Source of the DNA: an uncultured Gemmataceae bacterium
Lineage (GTDB): Bacteria > Planctomycetota > Planctomycetia > Gemmatales > Gemmataceae
DNA: 64,000 nt
Reading direction: 5' to 3'
Assembly: GCA_963750165.1 (NCBI GenBank)
Contig: CAVVPN010000004.1
Location: forward strand, 864,001-928,000
Shown here: piece after piece, positions 1 to 10,674 of the stretch
Layout of the letters: each line of letters opens with the position of its first letter
How positions within the stretch are numbered: the first letter of the stretch is position 1
Made by a program: the position numbers and the translations under genes
Notes under the pieces: model-generated
The model's database searches: none
The model's input: the letters and a program-made list of their open reading frames with translations, nothing else
What the model was told of the DNA's origin: nothing

Positions 1-1535
1 TGCTGGGGCTGGCGATCGGGGCGGGTGCCGCGTTCAAGGTCATCCGCCGCAACGATCGCCTCAATCTCAACAGTGCCGAACACCGGGCAACCGACATCGT
101 GACCCAGGCCCACAAGCAGGCCGAAAACCTCGTCAAGGAAGCAGAACTGCAGGCCAAGGACGAGCTCTACAAAAAGCGCGAAGCGTTCAACCGCGAGATC
201 GAAATCGCCCGCACCGAGGTCCGCGAACAGGAGCGCCGCCTCGACAAGCGCGAGGACAACCTCGAACAGAAGCATCAGACCCAGGCCAAGAAGGAGCGCG
301 AACTGCAGGTCAAGGAACGCAAAATCCACGAGCGTCGCGAGCTGCTTGAGAAGCGCACCGCCGAGGCCGAGGTGCTGGTGACGCAGCACACGCAGAAGTT
401 ACACGAAATCAGCGGCCTGAGCCGCGACCAGGCGGAGAAGTTGCTGCTGGAGCGGCTCGACCGCGAACTGGCCGACGAGATCGCAGCGCGCATTCAGAAA
501 CAGGAGGAGTTCCTGCGCGGCAGCGCCGAGATCAAGGCCCGCGAGATCCTGGCCACGGCCATCCAGCGCTACGCCGCCGAGCACACCGCCGACACCACCG
601 TCAGCACGGTGGACATTCCCAGCGACGACATGAAGGGCCGCATCATCGGCCGCGAAGGGCGCAACATCCGCACCTTCGAGAAGGTGACCGGCGTTGATGT
701 CATTGTCGATGACACGCCCGGCGTGGTCATCGTCAGCGCCTTCGACAACATCCGCCGCGAGACCGCCAAGCTGGCCCTGACCAAACTCATCCAGGACGGC
801 CGCATTCACCCGTCGCGCATTGAGGAGGTCGTCAAGGAGACGCAAGAAGAGATGGAGCGGCACATTTTGGAGGTTGGCAAGACGGCCTGCCTGGAGGCGA
901 ACGTCGGGCTACTGCACGAGAAGATGCTGCACCTGCTGGGCCGGCTGAAGTTTCGCACCAGTTACAGCCAGAATGTGCTGCAGCACAGCCTGGAGGTGGC
1001 GCACCTGTGCGGCCTGATGGCGGACGAGCTTGGCTACAACGGTCTGCTGGCGCGGCGCTGCGGCCTCTTGCACGACATCGGCAAGGCAGCCGATCACGAG
1101 ATGGAGGGCGGCCATCCGAAGATCGGCGCCGAACTGGCCAAGCGCTACGGCGAGACGAGCAAGGAGGTGCTGCACGCCATCGCCGGCCACCACGACGACG
1201 TGACCATTGACCACGTTTACACGGTGCTGGTGGCGGCGGCGGACGCGATCAGCGCGTCGCGGCCCGGGGCGCGGCGCGAGACACTGGAGAAGTACGTCAA
1301 GCGCCTGGAGGAACTGGAGGCGGTGGCGTCGGGCTTCCCGGGCGTGGAGCACGCCTACGCCATTCAGGCGGGCCGCGAATTGCGCGTCATCGCCAACGCG
1401 CACCAGCTGTCCGACAGCGAATCGGTCAAGGTCTGCCGGGAAATCGCCAAGGCCATCGAGGAGCAGCTGAACTATCCCGGCGAGATCAAGGTGACGGTCG
1501 TCCGCGAAACGCGGTCGGTGGAGTTCGCGCGGTGA
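1..1535 (+). CDS. rny: Ribonuclease Y (5' end lies upstream of the window)
   Basis: The frame is open from base 3 ([13 protein letters not shown] anchor). It has a coiled coil, a KH domain ([14 protein letters not shown]), an HD domain ([24 protein letters not shown]) and the C-terminal [14 protein letters not shown]. Confidence 0.97.
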   Translation, partial: LGLAIGAGAAFKVIRRNDRLNLNSAEHRATDIVTQAHKQAENLVKEAELQAKDELYKKREAFNREIEIARTEVREQERRLDKREDNLEQKHQTQAKKERELQVKERKIHERRELLEKRTAEAEVLVTQHTQKLHEISGLSRDQAEKLLLERLDRELADEIAARIQKQEEFLRGSAEIKAREILATAIQRYAAEHTADTTVSTVDIPSDDMKGRIIGREGRNIRTFEKVTGVDVIVDDTPGVVIVSAFDNIRRETAKLALTKLIQDGRIHPSRIEEVVKETQEEMERHILEVGKTACLEANVGLLHEKMLHLLGRLKFRTSYSQNVLQHSLEVAHLCGLMADELGYNGLLARRCGLLHDIGKAADHEMEGGHPKIGAELAKRYGETSKEVLHAIAGHHDDVTIDHVYTVLVAAADAISASRPGARRETLEKYVKRLEELEAVASGFPGVEHAYAIQAGRELRVIANAHQLSDSESVKVCREIAKAIEEQLNYPGEIKVTVVRETRSVEFAR

Positions 1536-1553
1536 GGGGTGCCGGCCCCGCTG

Positions 1554-1597
1554 CCGATTGATCGGTTCGCGCTGGCGTGCGCGAACCAATCAATCGG
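1554..1597. repeat. Intergenic palindrome (REP-like/terminator), same family as 36913-36957
   Basis: ccgattgatcggttcgcgc / gcgcgaaccaatcaatcgg arms just after the rny stop. Confidence 0.7.
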
Positions 1598-1662
1598 TCC
1601 CGCGCGGGTAAATGTATCGGGCAACCCTGTCCGGGTGCCCAGTCCCAGCATGAGGAGTCGCC

Positions 1663-2028
1663 ATGTTTCCTCCCGTTCCCCCCCAGGACCCGGACCCGAA
1701 CTACCGAGGCGGAGAGCCGGAGCCGGAGCGGGATCGCGACCGCGACCGTTACCGGGACGACCGGCCGCCCCGCGACCGGGACTACGGCGACGCGCCGGAT
1801 TACCTCGACCGCATCCGCAAGAAGCCGGCCGGGGACGACGAACTGACGGGCGGGGACTGGCTGCTCTGCATCCTGTGTTCCGGGATCGGCTGCATCGTCG
1901 GCATCGTCTACCTGATCCAGGGCCAGCCGAAGGGCGGCAAGATGCTGGGCATTTCGCTGCTGTTCATCGTCCTCTGGAACTTGTTTGGCTTCGTGCTCGG
2001 GCTTGGCTCGGGTGGTGGCATGCGCTGA
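1663..2028 (+). CDS. Small membrane protein with RD/P-rich N-terminus and two TM helices (DUF4190-like)
   Basis: gaggag RBS upstream; charged low-complexity N-terminus followed by hydrophobic CILCSGIGCIVGIVYL and ISLLFIVLWNLFGFVL. Confidence 0.75.
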   Translation: MFPPVPPQDPDPNYRGGEPEPERDRDRDRYRDDRPPRDRDYGDAPDYLDRIRKKPAGDDELTGGDWLLCILCSGIGCIVGIVYLIQGQPKGGKMLGISLLFIVLWNLFGFVLGLGSGGGMR

Positions 2029-2035
2029 GGCGACC

Positions 2036-2476
2036 ATGACCGATCGCGACCCCCCCGAGCCTGACCCCGGCCCGACGCCGCGACGGCACTGGGAGATGCT
2101 CGGCATTTCCTGCCTGGTCATCGCCGGCTCGTTCACGCTGGCGGTGCCGGCGCCGGACCAGGTGGGGCTCGCCTGGGCGCCGGACCTGTTGCTACCGCCG
2201 CTGTGTCTGGCGCGGGAGTGGTTCGGTGTGTCCTGTCCGGGCTGCGGCCTGACGCGCAGCTTCATCCACCTGGCCCACGGCGACTGGCGGGCGTCGCTGG
2301 AGTCGCACCGCCTGGGCTGGCTGCTGGCCGGTCTGGTGCTGCTGCAGGTGCCGTACCGCATTCACGGGCTGTGCCGCCGTGGCGGGCCGCTGCTGCCGCG
2401 CCGCGTGCGGCAGGGCATCGCCCTGGGCACCATCGCCCTGCTCATCGCCAACTGGATCTACGGACTGCTGGGCTGA
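2036..2476 (+). CDS. DUF2752 family membrane protein
   Basis: Motif C-x5-G-x2-CPGCGLTRSF-x5-GD-x3-S plus three hydrophobic segments. Confidence 0.85.
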   Translation: MTDRDPPEPDPGPTPRRHWEMLGISCLVIAGSFTLAVPAPDQVGLAWAPDLLLPPLCLAREWFGVSCPGCGLTRSFIHLAHGDWRASLESHRLGWLLAGLVLLQVPYRIHGLCRRGGPLLPRRVRQGIALGTIALLIANWIYGLLG

Positions 2477-2512
2477 ACGTCGCCTGGCCGCCGGCGCCCG
2501 GGGTGACCGACC

Positions 2513-3341
2513 ATGCGTATCCTGTTCCTCGGTGACATCGTTGGACCACCAGGCGTTCAGATGGTCAAGCGCGCGCTGCCGCTGGTGCGGTTGCACCTCG
2601 GCCTGGATCTGGTGATCGCCAACGCGGAGAACGCCTCCGGCGGCTCCGGCGTCACGCCGGGCGCCTTCCGTGAACTGCGCAACGCCGGCATCGACCTGAT
2701 GACGCTGGGCGACCACATTTACCGCCGCGCCGAGATCATCCCGACGCTGGCGCGAGGAGTGCATTTGCAAGCCGGCCAACTTCCCGGCCCAGGCGCCCGG
2801 CCGCGAGTTCGCCGTGGCCACGACCGCCGCCGGCGTCCGCGTCGCCGCCGTCAGCCTGCTCGGCCGCACGTTCATGCGCGCCGTCGATTGTCCCTTCGCC
2901 GCCATCGATCGCGTGCTGCCGGCCGTCCTCGATCTGACGCCGGTCGTCATCGTGGACATGCACGCCGAGGCGACCGCCGACAAGTACCTGATGGCACACC
3001 ACCTCAAGGGCCGCGTCAGCGCCGTGCTCGGTACCCACACGCACGTGCCGACCGCCGATGAGCAAATTTTTCCCGGCGGCACCGCGTTCATCTGCGATGT
3101 CGGCATGACGGGGCCGTATGACTCGATCCTGGGCCGGCGCGTGGACCGGGTGCTGATGACGACCATCACGTTCATCCCGACCGCCTTCGACGTGGCCACG
3201 GGCGACCCACGGCTGTCCGGGGCGGTCGTCGAGATCGACGCGGAGACGGGCCGGGCGACCGCCATCCGCCGCTACCAGCTCGACGAGGCCGGATTGGAGC
3301 GCCTGCAGAGTGTGCCGCCGGCCGAGGCACTTTTTTCCTGA
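2513..3341 (+). CDS. ymdB: YmdB/TIGR00282 family 2',3'-cyclic-nucleotide phosphodiesterase, apparent frameshift near 2750-2762
   Basis: MRILFLGDIVG, IANAENASGG and TLGDH lie in one frame; CKPANFP, VDMHAEATADK, GTHTHVPTAD and CDVGMTGPYDSILG lie in another. Located downstream of rny. Confidence 0.9.
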
Positions 3342-3412
3342 CCGTCACGGATGGAAGGGCGGGTTTTTGCGCCGAAGGCGTAAAAACCCGCCCCTCCATC
3401 CGTGACGGTCAG
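3338..3412 (+). terminator. Long near-perfect hairpin (~36 bp stem) followed by a T-tract; terminator or REP-like element
   Basis: ctgaccgtcacggatggaagggcgggtttttgcgcc-gaa-ggcgtaaaaacccgcccctccatccgtgacggtcag, then cttttttc. Confidence 0.75.
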
Positions 3413-3546
3413 CTTTTTTCGTAGGCCGCGCCCGTTCCGCGTGGCCAGGGCGCAGGGGATTGCGATTGCGTCCCGATTGCGATATATTCAACTTTACTCA
3501 CCCACTGGCAGTATCCTTACCTACCCTGGCTGCCGAGGTCTTGACC

Positions 3547-4959
3547 ATGTTGACCATCCCCGGACCACCATCGGGCCCTGATCCCCGGATGTCCCGCCGC
3601 AGCTGGCTGCGCATCGGCGGGCTCGCACTGGGCGGGCTGGCGCTGCCGGACCTCCTGCGGGCACAGGCCCAGAGCGGCGCCAGCAACCCGGCCAGGGGCG
3701 TCATCATGGTGCTGCTGCCCGGTGGGCCGACGCACCTGGACACCTTCGACCTGAAACCGGACGCCCCGGTCGAAATCCGCGGCGAATTCCGGCCCATCGC
3801 CACCAACGTGCCGGGCATGGACCTGTGCGAACACCTGCCGCGCCTGGCGCGCCTGGCGGATAAATTCGCGCTCCTCCGCGCCCTGGTCGGTTTCCGCGAC
3901 GACCACAACACCCACTGGTGTACGACGGGCTGGGAGTCGCACCCGGCGATGGACTCCTCGCCAGCAGTGCCGGGGTTCCCACCGGGAGACTGGCCGTCGC
4001 TGGGAGCGGTGCTGTCGCGCACACTGGGGTCGCGCGTGGCCGGGGTGCCGCCGTGTGTCGATCTGACGCCCGTGGACGCCGACGCCCGCTTCATCCTGCG
4101 CACGCCGCCGGGGCAGCCCGGCTACCTCGGCGTGGCCCACGCCGGCTTTGAAGCACAGGCCGTCGAGCGCCGCAACCTCATGCTCAGCGGCACGGACCTG
4201 GGCCGCCTGGCCGACCGCCGCGCCATGCTCGCCGGCTTCGACGGTTTCCGCCGGCAGGCTGACGCGCTCCGGGTTGCGGACGGCATCGACTCATTTCAGC
4301 GGCAGGCGTTTGAGGTGCTGACTTCGGCGCGGCTGGCGAACGCCCTGGACCTGAGCCGAGAGGACGAGCGCGTCCGCAGTCGCTACGGGCTGGACCGCGC
4401 TTACCCGGATGAGCGCGAGGGCAAGCACTACCTGGACCAGTTCCTGCTGGCGCGACGGCTGATCGAGGCTGGGGCGCGCTGCGTGACGCTGGCGTGTACG
4501 CGCTGGCCATTCGGCCGGGTGCTGCGTGGCGATCACAACTGGGACTGGCACCGCGACCTGTTCGCGGCGGCCCGCGACACGCTGCCGTTTCTCGATTTGG
4601 GGCTGTCGGCGCTGCTGCAGGATCTGGACCAGCGCGGGATGCTGGACGACGTGGCGGTGGTGGTGTGGGGCGAGTTCGGCCGGACGCCGCGCATCAACCG
4701 CAACGGCGGCCGCGATCACTGGTCGCGCGTGTGCAGCGCGCTGGTGGCCGGTGGCGGCATGCGCGGTGGACAGGTGCTCGGCTCGACGACGCGCTGGGGC
4801 GAGGAGCCGCATACCCGGCCCGTCCACTTCCGCGACGTGTTCGCGACGCTCTACCAGTGTCTGGGCATCGACGTGACGACGACGCAGTACACGGACCTCG
4901 CGGGCCGGCCGCAGTACCTCGTCGGCGGCCACCGGCCAGTGCCGGAGTTGCTCGGGTAG
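3547..4959 (+). CDS. DUF1501 domain-containing protein (Tat-like RR leader)
   Basis: MLTIPG..SRRSWLRIGGLALGGLALPDLL, LPGGPTHLDTFDLKP, ARRLIEAGARCV, WDWH, VWGEFGRTPRIN, GRDHW. Confidence 0.92.
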   Translation: MLTIPGPPSGPDPRMSRRSWLRIGGLALGGLALPDLLRAQAQSGASNPARGVIMVLLPGGPTHLDTFDLKPDAPVEIRGEFRPIATNVPGMDLCEHLPRLARLADKFALLRALVGFRDDHNTHWCTTGWESHPAMDSSPAVPGFPPGDWPSLGAVLSRTLGSRVAGVPPCVDLTPVDADARFILRTPPGQPGYLGVAHAGFEAQAVERRNLMLSGTDLGRLADRRAMLAGFDGFRRQADALRVADGIDSFQRQAFEVLTSARLANALDLSREDERVRSRYGLDRAYPDEREGKHYLDQFLLARRLIEAGARCVTLACTRWPFGRVLRGDHNWDWHRDLFAAARDTLPFLDLGLSALLQDLDQRGMLDDVAVVVWGEFGRTPRINRNGGRDHWSRVCSALVAGGGMRGGQVLGSTTRWGEEPHTRPVHFRDVFATLYQCLGIDVTTTQYTDLAGRPQYLVGGHRPVPELLG

Positions 4960-5437
4960 GATGCGCATGCCGTTGTTCAAACACAAATTCCCCCCGGACA
5001 TGTGGCTTTATCGGGGTACTCGAAGAGATACCGCGGGTAGTTGGAAACAATTCGGCGTGCGCTTCTTGCTTTGCGGTTCCGGGGGCGTTACGCTAACCAA
5101 TCAGCGCCGGCCAGCGTAAAACCTGAAAAGCGTTCCTTGATAGGGCGCGCGTGCGCCCTAAACAGGTGGTTCGGCGGCGCGGAGATCCCGATATCGACGC
5201 TTCAGGTGATCGGACCACATGAAGTGCCAGTCTACCAAGGCGCGGCCGCACATCATATTCGCGCCCAAGAAGGATATGCGTTTTTCACGAATCACCCTGC
5301 TATTACCCCGGCACGAAAGAAGGTCCTACAGGCCCGAAGTACCAGTAGCCGAATCTCATCTTTGGCTCATCGTGCTTATGAGGATCTTTTCTGAATAAGA
5401 CAGCCAACGGCCACAGGGAGAACGGAACCCTTCCCAC

Positions 5438-6184
5438 TCACACCGGCACCGCCGGCGCCGGCAGTTCGTCGGTGTTCACCTCTTTCAGCCCCACCTGGCC
5501 GTCCTGCACGGTCAGGTAATGGCAATGGTGATCCGTCCAGCACCCCGAATTGAAGTACGCCGGCTCGCCCGGGGCGGCCTCGTGATGGTGGGTGTGGCCG
5601 CAGACGATCACGTCCGCGCGCTGGCTGCGGGCGTACTCGAGCGCCTGCAGCCGGACGCGCTCGGCGCAGCGCAGAAAGGTCTTGCTACTCCGCTTGGCGT
5701 TGACCGCCAGCCGCCGGCTCAGGCGCTGGATGCGCAGGTAGAACCAGTCGGCGACGTTGGTGAGGAACGGGTGCTGAGTCATGAACCGGTCCCAGGCGTC
5801 GCCGTGAACGCAGATCACACGCTTGCCGCCCGACTCGAACTGATACTCGGGCACGAAGTTGGCCCCGAGCAGGTGGGCGACGGAATCCGCGTCGCAGTCG
5901 TGGTTGCCGCGCACCCACACCAGTTCCAGCTGGTCGGAGAGCTTGCGCAGCCGCGACAGCACGCGCCAGTGCTGCTTGGTCAGGCGGTTTTCGGTGTTCT
6001 CCAGGATGTCGCCATTGAGCACCAGGCGGCGCGTCGGGGGCAGTTCGTCAAGGAAGTGCTGCACCGGCCGCACCTGGCACGCGGCGGAGCCGAGATGGAT
6101 GTCGGACAGCAGGACGGCGTCCAGCAAGGTCACCTCCTCGGTGGGGGGGCGAAGTGGTGGAGGCCCCGTGGGTTGGGCCGCCAT
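5438..6184 (-). CDS. LpxH-like calcineurin-family metallophosphoesterase (UDP-2,3-diacylglucosamine diphosphatase family)
   Basis: LSDIHLG, LNGDILE, RGNHD, HGDAWD, CGHTH, YFNSGCW. Confidence 0.88.
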   Translation of the reverse strand: MAAQPTGPPPLRPPTEEVTLLDAVLLSDIHLGSAACQVRPVQHFLDELPPTRRLVLNGDILENTENRLTKQHWRVLSRLRKLSDQLELVWVRGNHDCDADSVAHLLGANFVPEYQFESGGKRVICVHGDAWDRFMTQHPFLTNVADWFYLRIQRLSRRLAVNAKRSSKTFLRCAERVRLQALEYARSQRADVIVCGHTHHHEAAPGEPAYFNSGCWTDHHCHYLTVQDGQVGLKEVNTDELPAPAVPV

Positions 6185-6479
6185 GGTAGGAGCCTTGATA
6201 GTTAAATTATAACTTGGCTGCCGGTGCGCCACGTGAAGGTTTGACGAACTCCACCGCCCGCCGCTTGAACCCGGGCCGCACCAACATAACAATAGATATT
6301 CACGGCAAAGATCGCCCCAAGGCTGGCCGCCCGGCCAGGTTGAAATGCGTTCTCCCACGCCGAGCGCCGCGAGCAATGCCGGATGAGAGCGGCAGCGCGA
6401 TGCGTGAAGACGCCGAGAAATCATTGCGAAATCGACCTTCATCTGTCCGCCCTCATCTTTCCGGGTCGTCAGGAGGCCC

Positions 6480-7970
6480 ATGCAGTACGACTGCGACGTG
6501 ATCGTGATCGGCGGCGGTGCCGGGGGCGCGACCTTCGCCCACGCCTGCGCCCGGGCCGGCAAAAGCGTACTGCTGCTGGAGCGGGGTCGCCGGTACGTCC
6601 CGGAGCGGCCGGGGCACGACGAGCGGGCGATGCTGATTGAGAAGCGCCCCTATGACGACCGCGCGGTCACGGTCAACGGCGAAGCGCGGCGGCTGTACAT
6701 GGGCGGCGTGCTCGGCGGCGGCACGGCCCTGTACGGGGCGGCGCTGCTGCGGCCGAGCCCGGAGGATTTTCACCCCGGCCGGTTTTACGGCGACCGCATC
6801 CCACGAGCCATCTGGGACTGGCCGATCACCTACGCCGACCTGGAACCCCATTACGCCGAGGCCGAGCGGCTCTACGGCGTCGCCGGCGCGGACGAGGATT
6901 TTGGGCCGCTGCCGCGGCCGGCCCGCTACCCCAGGGCCCCGCTGCCGCTGCATCCGGTCAATCAGCGGCTGATGGCCGCCAACCGCGCCCGTGGGCTGCG
7001 GCCATTCCGTCTCCCCCTGGCCATCGACCCGGACCTCTGCCTGCGCTGCGGGGCCTGCGCCGGCCACATTTGCCCGACCGGCGCCCGTAGTTCCGCCGCG
7101 CAGCTGCTGGACCGGGCCGCGGCCGACGGCCTCCCGCTGCGCGTCCAGACGAACATTGAGGCGGAGCAGCTGGTGCTGGATGGCGCCGGTACGGTTACGG
7201 GCGTCGCCCTGCACGACCGCGGCACCGGCCAGCGTTCTGTCTGCCGCGCCCGGCGGTATGTGCTCGCCGCGGGCGCCCTGTCGTCGCCCCTGCTGCTGCT
7301 GCGGTCGGGGATCGACGGGCCGCTGGTGGGTCGGCATTACATGATGCACCTGTCACCCGTCGTCGTCGGCATCGGTTCGAGGCGCAATGGGGCGGATGAG
7401 GCCTTTGTCAAACAGGTCGGTTTTGCGGATTATTACTTCGGCGCCGACGGCTACGCCCACAAACTGGGGCTCGTGCAGTCGCTGCCGGTCCCTGGTCCGC
7501 TGCTGACGGCGAAGATGTCGCGACTGGTGCCGCGGCCGATCCTGCGTCTGTTGCGGCAGCGCATGTTACCGCTGGCCGGCATCGTCGAGGATCTGCCGGA
7601 CCCGGCCAACCGCGTCACCTGGGGCGCTGACGGGCAGCTGTCCCTGCACCACCGATTCAGCGCCTACGACGCGGACCGCGGCCGCTACCTGGGCCGGTTG
7701 ATGGGACGCATCCTCAAGGAAGCCGGGGCGCTGTTCTGTCTGACCAAACAGTTCGCCTCGGACGAGCACGTCGCCCATCAGTGCGGCACGCTGCGGTTCG
7801 GCACGGCGCCGGACCATGCGGTGCTCGGCCCGGACTGCCGGCTGTTTGGGCAGCCGAATGTGTTCGTGGTCGATGGCAGTTTTTTCCCGACATCGCTCGG
7901 CGTTGGCCCGGCGCTGACCATCATGGCCAACGCCCTGCGCGTCGCAGGTATCGTGACCGGAGAACTGTGA
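6480..7970 (+). CDS. GMC family FAD-dependent oxidoreductase
   Basis: DVIVIGGGAGG, LLERG, GGVLGGGTALY, WPITYADLEPHY, CxxCxxC..CP, HQCGTLRFG, VVDGSFFPTS, PALTIMANALR; ggagg RBS. Confidence 0.92.
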   Translation: MQYDCDVIVIGGGAGGATFAHACARAGKSVLLLERGRRYVPERPGHDERAMLIEKRPYDDRAVTVNGEARRLYMGGVLGGGTALYGAALLRPSPEDFHPGRFYGDRIPRAIWDWPITYADLEPHYAEAERLYGVAGADEDFGPLPRPARYPRAPLPLHPVNQRLMAANRARGLRPFRLPLAIDPDLCLRCGACAGHICPTGARSSAAQLLDRAAADGLPLRVQTNIEAEQLVLDGAGTVTGVALHDRGTGQRSVCRARRYVLAAGALSSPLLLLRSGIDGPLVGRHYMMHLSPVVVGIGSRRNGADEAFVKQVGFADYYFGADGYAHKLGLVQSLPVPGPLLTAKMSRLVPRPILRLLRQRMLPLAGIVEDLPDPANRVTWGADGQLSLHHRFSAYDADRGRYLGRLMGRILKEAGALFCLTKQFASDEHVAHQCGTLRFGTAPDHAVLGPDCRLFGQPNVFVVDGSFFPTSLGVGPALTIMANALRVAGIVTGEL

Positions 7971-7971
7971 T

Positions 7972-8039
7972 TTCGTGGGGCAGACATTCCTGTCTGCCAT
8001 TTTTTGAAGGTTGGCAGACAGGAATGTCTGCCCCACGAA
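7972..8039. repeat. REP-like inverted repeat (GTGGGGCAGACATTCCTGTCTGCC family)
   Basis: Perfect 28-bp arms at 7972-7999 and 8012-8039. Confidence 0.9.
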
Positions 8040-8055
8040 GGCAATAAACGCACCC

Positions 8056-8934
8056 ATGAAGGATCCCAGAGCCATCCGATCCGAGCAGTTCCGTCAGGCC
8101 CGGCGCCTCAGCGGCGGCCTGCTCAACCTGTCCCTCGCGGTCCTCGGCGTCCGCCTGGCCCGGCTGCCCATCCCATCGCGGCGGCTGCGGCAGTGGTTCT
8201 ACCGCGGCCTGTTTTCCCGGCGCTATCCGCCCGGCCTGGACGAGACGGAGGCGGAAAAGCCGCTGTGGGCGTACCCCTCGCTCAACGCGCTGTTCACCCG
8301 TGGCATCAAGCCGGAAAAGCGGCCCACCCCGGCCGGGACACCGCAGTTCCTCTGCCCCTGCGACGGCACCGTGCAGGACGTGGGTCGGGTGGAGGGCGGC
8401 AAGATTCTGACGCTCAAGGGCATCCCATACACGCTCGACTCACTGTTGCCGCGCACCGATCCACGGCCGTTCGAGGGCGGCCAGTTCCTGATCGTCTTCC
8501 TGTCGCCGATCCACTGCCACCGCGTCTTCAGCCCACAGGATGGCCAGCTGGAACAGGCCGTTCATGTGCCCGGCTATCGGCTGCTGGTCCATCCGCCTTA
8601 CCAGCGCGCGGAGTTCCCGGTGTACACGCTGAACGAGCGCATGGTCCTGCGCTTCTCGACGCCCCTGGGGCCCTGTATGGTGGTCATGGTGGCGGGCTGG
8701 GGCGTCGGCAACATCACGCTGCCGCTCGACCCGGTGTTTCGACCGCGGCCGCGGGCGCTGGCGTCGCGCATCTGGTCGCCGCCGCTGGCCGTCCGCCGCG
8801 GTCAGTGGGTCGCGACGTTCGAGCTGGGCTCGACGGTGGTGCTGCTCACGCCGCCCGCGGCGAATGTGCGGTGCCTGATTTCCCCCAATGAGGAGGTCAA
8901 GTATGGGCAGCCCGTCCTCACCTACGCTGGCTGA
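8056..8934 (+). CDS. psd: Phosphatidylserine decarboxylase family proenzyme
   Basis: YPSLNALFTR, CPCDG, LKGIPYTLDSLL, FLSPIHCHRVFSP, NER, and the self-cleavage motif FELGSTVVLL. Confidence 0.88.
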   Translation: MKDPRAIRSEQFRQARRLSGGLLNLSLAVLGVRLARLPIPSRRLRQWFYRGLFSRRYPPGLDETEAEKPLWAYPSLNALFTRGIKPEKRPTPAGTPQFLCPCDGTVQDVGRVEGGKILTLKGIPYTLDSLLPRTDPRPFEGGQFLIVFLSPIHCHRVFSPQDGQLEQAVHVPGYRLLVHPPYQRAEFPVYTLNERMVLRFSTPLGPCMVVMVAGWGVGNITLPLDPVFRPRPRALASRIWSPPLAVRRGQWVATFELGSTVVLLTPPAANVRCLISPNEEVKYGQPVLTYAG

Positions 8935-10674
8935 GCCGCCGGCGCCGGTTGTGCCTCCGCGCCTCGGCGTGCTGGTGGTGGGCTTCGGTGACGCGGTTGC
9001 CGCCGATTACGCCGACCACGTCCGCCGCCAGGATGGTCGTGTGCGGGTCGCTGATCTTTCGGACCCGTCGGCGGCTCCCCTCGGGGGCGGGCAAACCCGG
9101 GATGTCGTCCTGTTCCTCAAGCCACGGCTAACCGAGCGCGACCGCCAGGCCCTGAGCGACCTTTTCCGCAGCGCCGGCGAGTGGGGGACGGAATTCGTCG
9201 GTGTCGTGAGCACGTTCCGCGTCCATCTCGGAGACGCGGCGGCGGCCGAAACGGAGGCTCATGTTCTCAAGTTGGCGGAGCAACTGCCCGCCCGCACCGT
9301 CGTATTCCGCCCTGGCCACGTGCTGAGCCGCCGATCCCGAGCCAGCGTCTTCCTGCGGCGCTTCGGCTTTCTCTATCCGCTGATGCCGCGCCGCCCGCGC
9401 AGTTGCTGCGTGGATGGCGGCGAGTTGTTCGTGGCCATTGAAACCGAACGGCAGCGGGATGCCGCGCGCGGCCACGGACGTGTACCCTCCTCGGCCCAAA
9501 TCGACCCTGGCGCGACCTGATGGTCCAGCACCGGGCGACCGGCCCCATGCGTGCCTGCCTGACCGCCGTCAGCGCCCTGCTGTCGCTGCTGTTCGTCGGC
9601 CACGTCGCCGCCTTCGCCCTGGCGCTGCTGGCCCGGCGGCGGCCGGCGCTGCAACGCTGGCACCTCGACACGCTGCGGCCGCACTCCCTTGAGGAATTGC
9701 TCGCCCTGGTCAACCCGTACAACTACCGCCATGTGAAGGTGGTCGGCTACAACAACGGCGTCGTCCACTTCGGCCACCGCTACCCGGGCCGCACCATCGT
9801 TTCCACCGTCCATTGCAACCGCGTCGGCCGCGCCGGGGCGGACCTCCTTGAGGCCGATTGTGGAGCCACGATCCGCAACGCCCGCGACTTCCTGTCCGGC
9901 ACCGATCAGGAATTGCCCGTTGTGCCGAACTACTCCTACGTCTGCCTGGGCACTGCGTTCTTCGTGCCGATCCACGGTTCCGCGTCCGACTTCTCCACCG
10001 TTGCCGACACCATCACGCGCGTCCAGTTGTATGACCCCGTGCGCGACCGCGTCCTCACTGCCAACCGCGACGAGCCAGACTTCCGCGAATACGTCTTCAA
10101 CCTGCAAGCCGACGTGCTGCTGCTGCGACTCGAATTGCGCGTCAAACCGCGGGCGCGCTACTTCGTCCGCCGCGAGACGCTGAAGAACCCCGGCAGCGCG
10201 GAACTCCTCGACATTCTGAGCGACGTGCGCTCGGCGAACGTCGAGCTACGCAAGGCGAATGCCGCCGCCGACACCGTGACCGTGTCGCGCTACGACAACG
10301 ACCCCGGCGACAGCGCAGCCCCCGCGCTGGAACTGCCGCGCGACGCCCTCGGCCGGCTGTGGGACCGTCTGGAAGAAAACGCGATCACGTCGTTCCTGAT
10401 GCACGCCCTGACACGCCACTTCGCCTATCACGTTGAGCTGTTCTTCACGGCGGACGAGTTCGCGGTCTTCTGGCGCGACCACCGGGCGCTGCCGCTGCGC
10501 AAACTGCAACTCCGCTACATCCGCCGCGACGGCATGCCGCACTCGCCGTTCCGCGACCACGACCGCGTGTCGGTGGACCTGTTCATGCTCCGCCGCCACC
10601 GTGTCCGCTTTGAGTCGTACTGTCGCCGCAACCTCCCCGCCGTCCGCAGCAACCCCGGCAAGCACAGCAGGTGA
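8903..10674 (+). CDS. Degenerate SDR/epimerase-like N-terminus fused to a PCMH-type FAD-binding oxidase-like domain; apparent frameshift at 9440-9480
   Basis: N-part has TVVFRPGHVLS and CVDGGEL. The alternative frame RTCTLLGPNRPWRDLM runs into ORF 9520-10674, which has ADCGATI..LPVVPNYSYVCLGTAFFVPIHGS, resembling FAD_binding_4 oxidases. Confidence 0.6.

Noticed and set aside
5041..5394. 117-aa ORF in a lower-GC patch
   Set aside because: No recognisable motif or RBS; may be a decayed foreign fragment, but a call cannot be supported.
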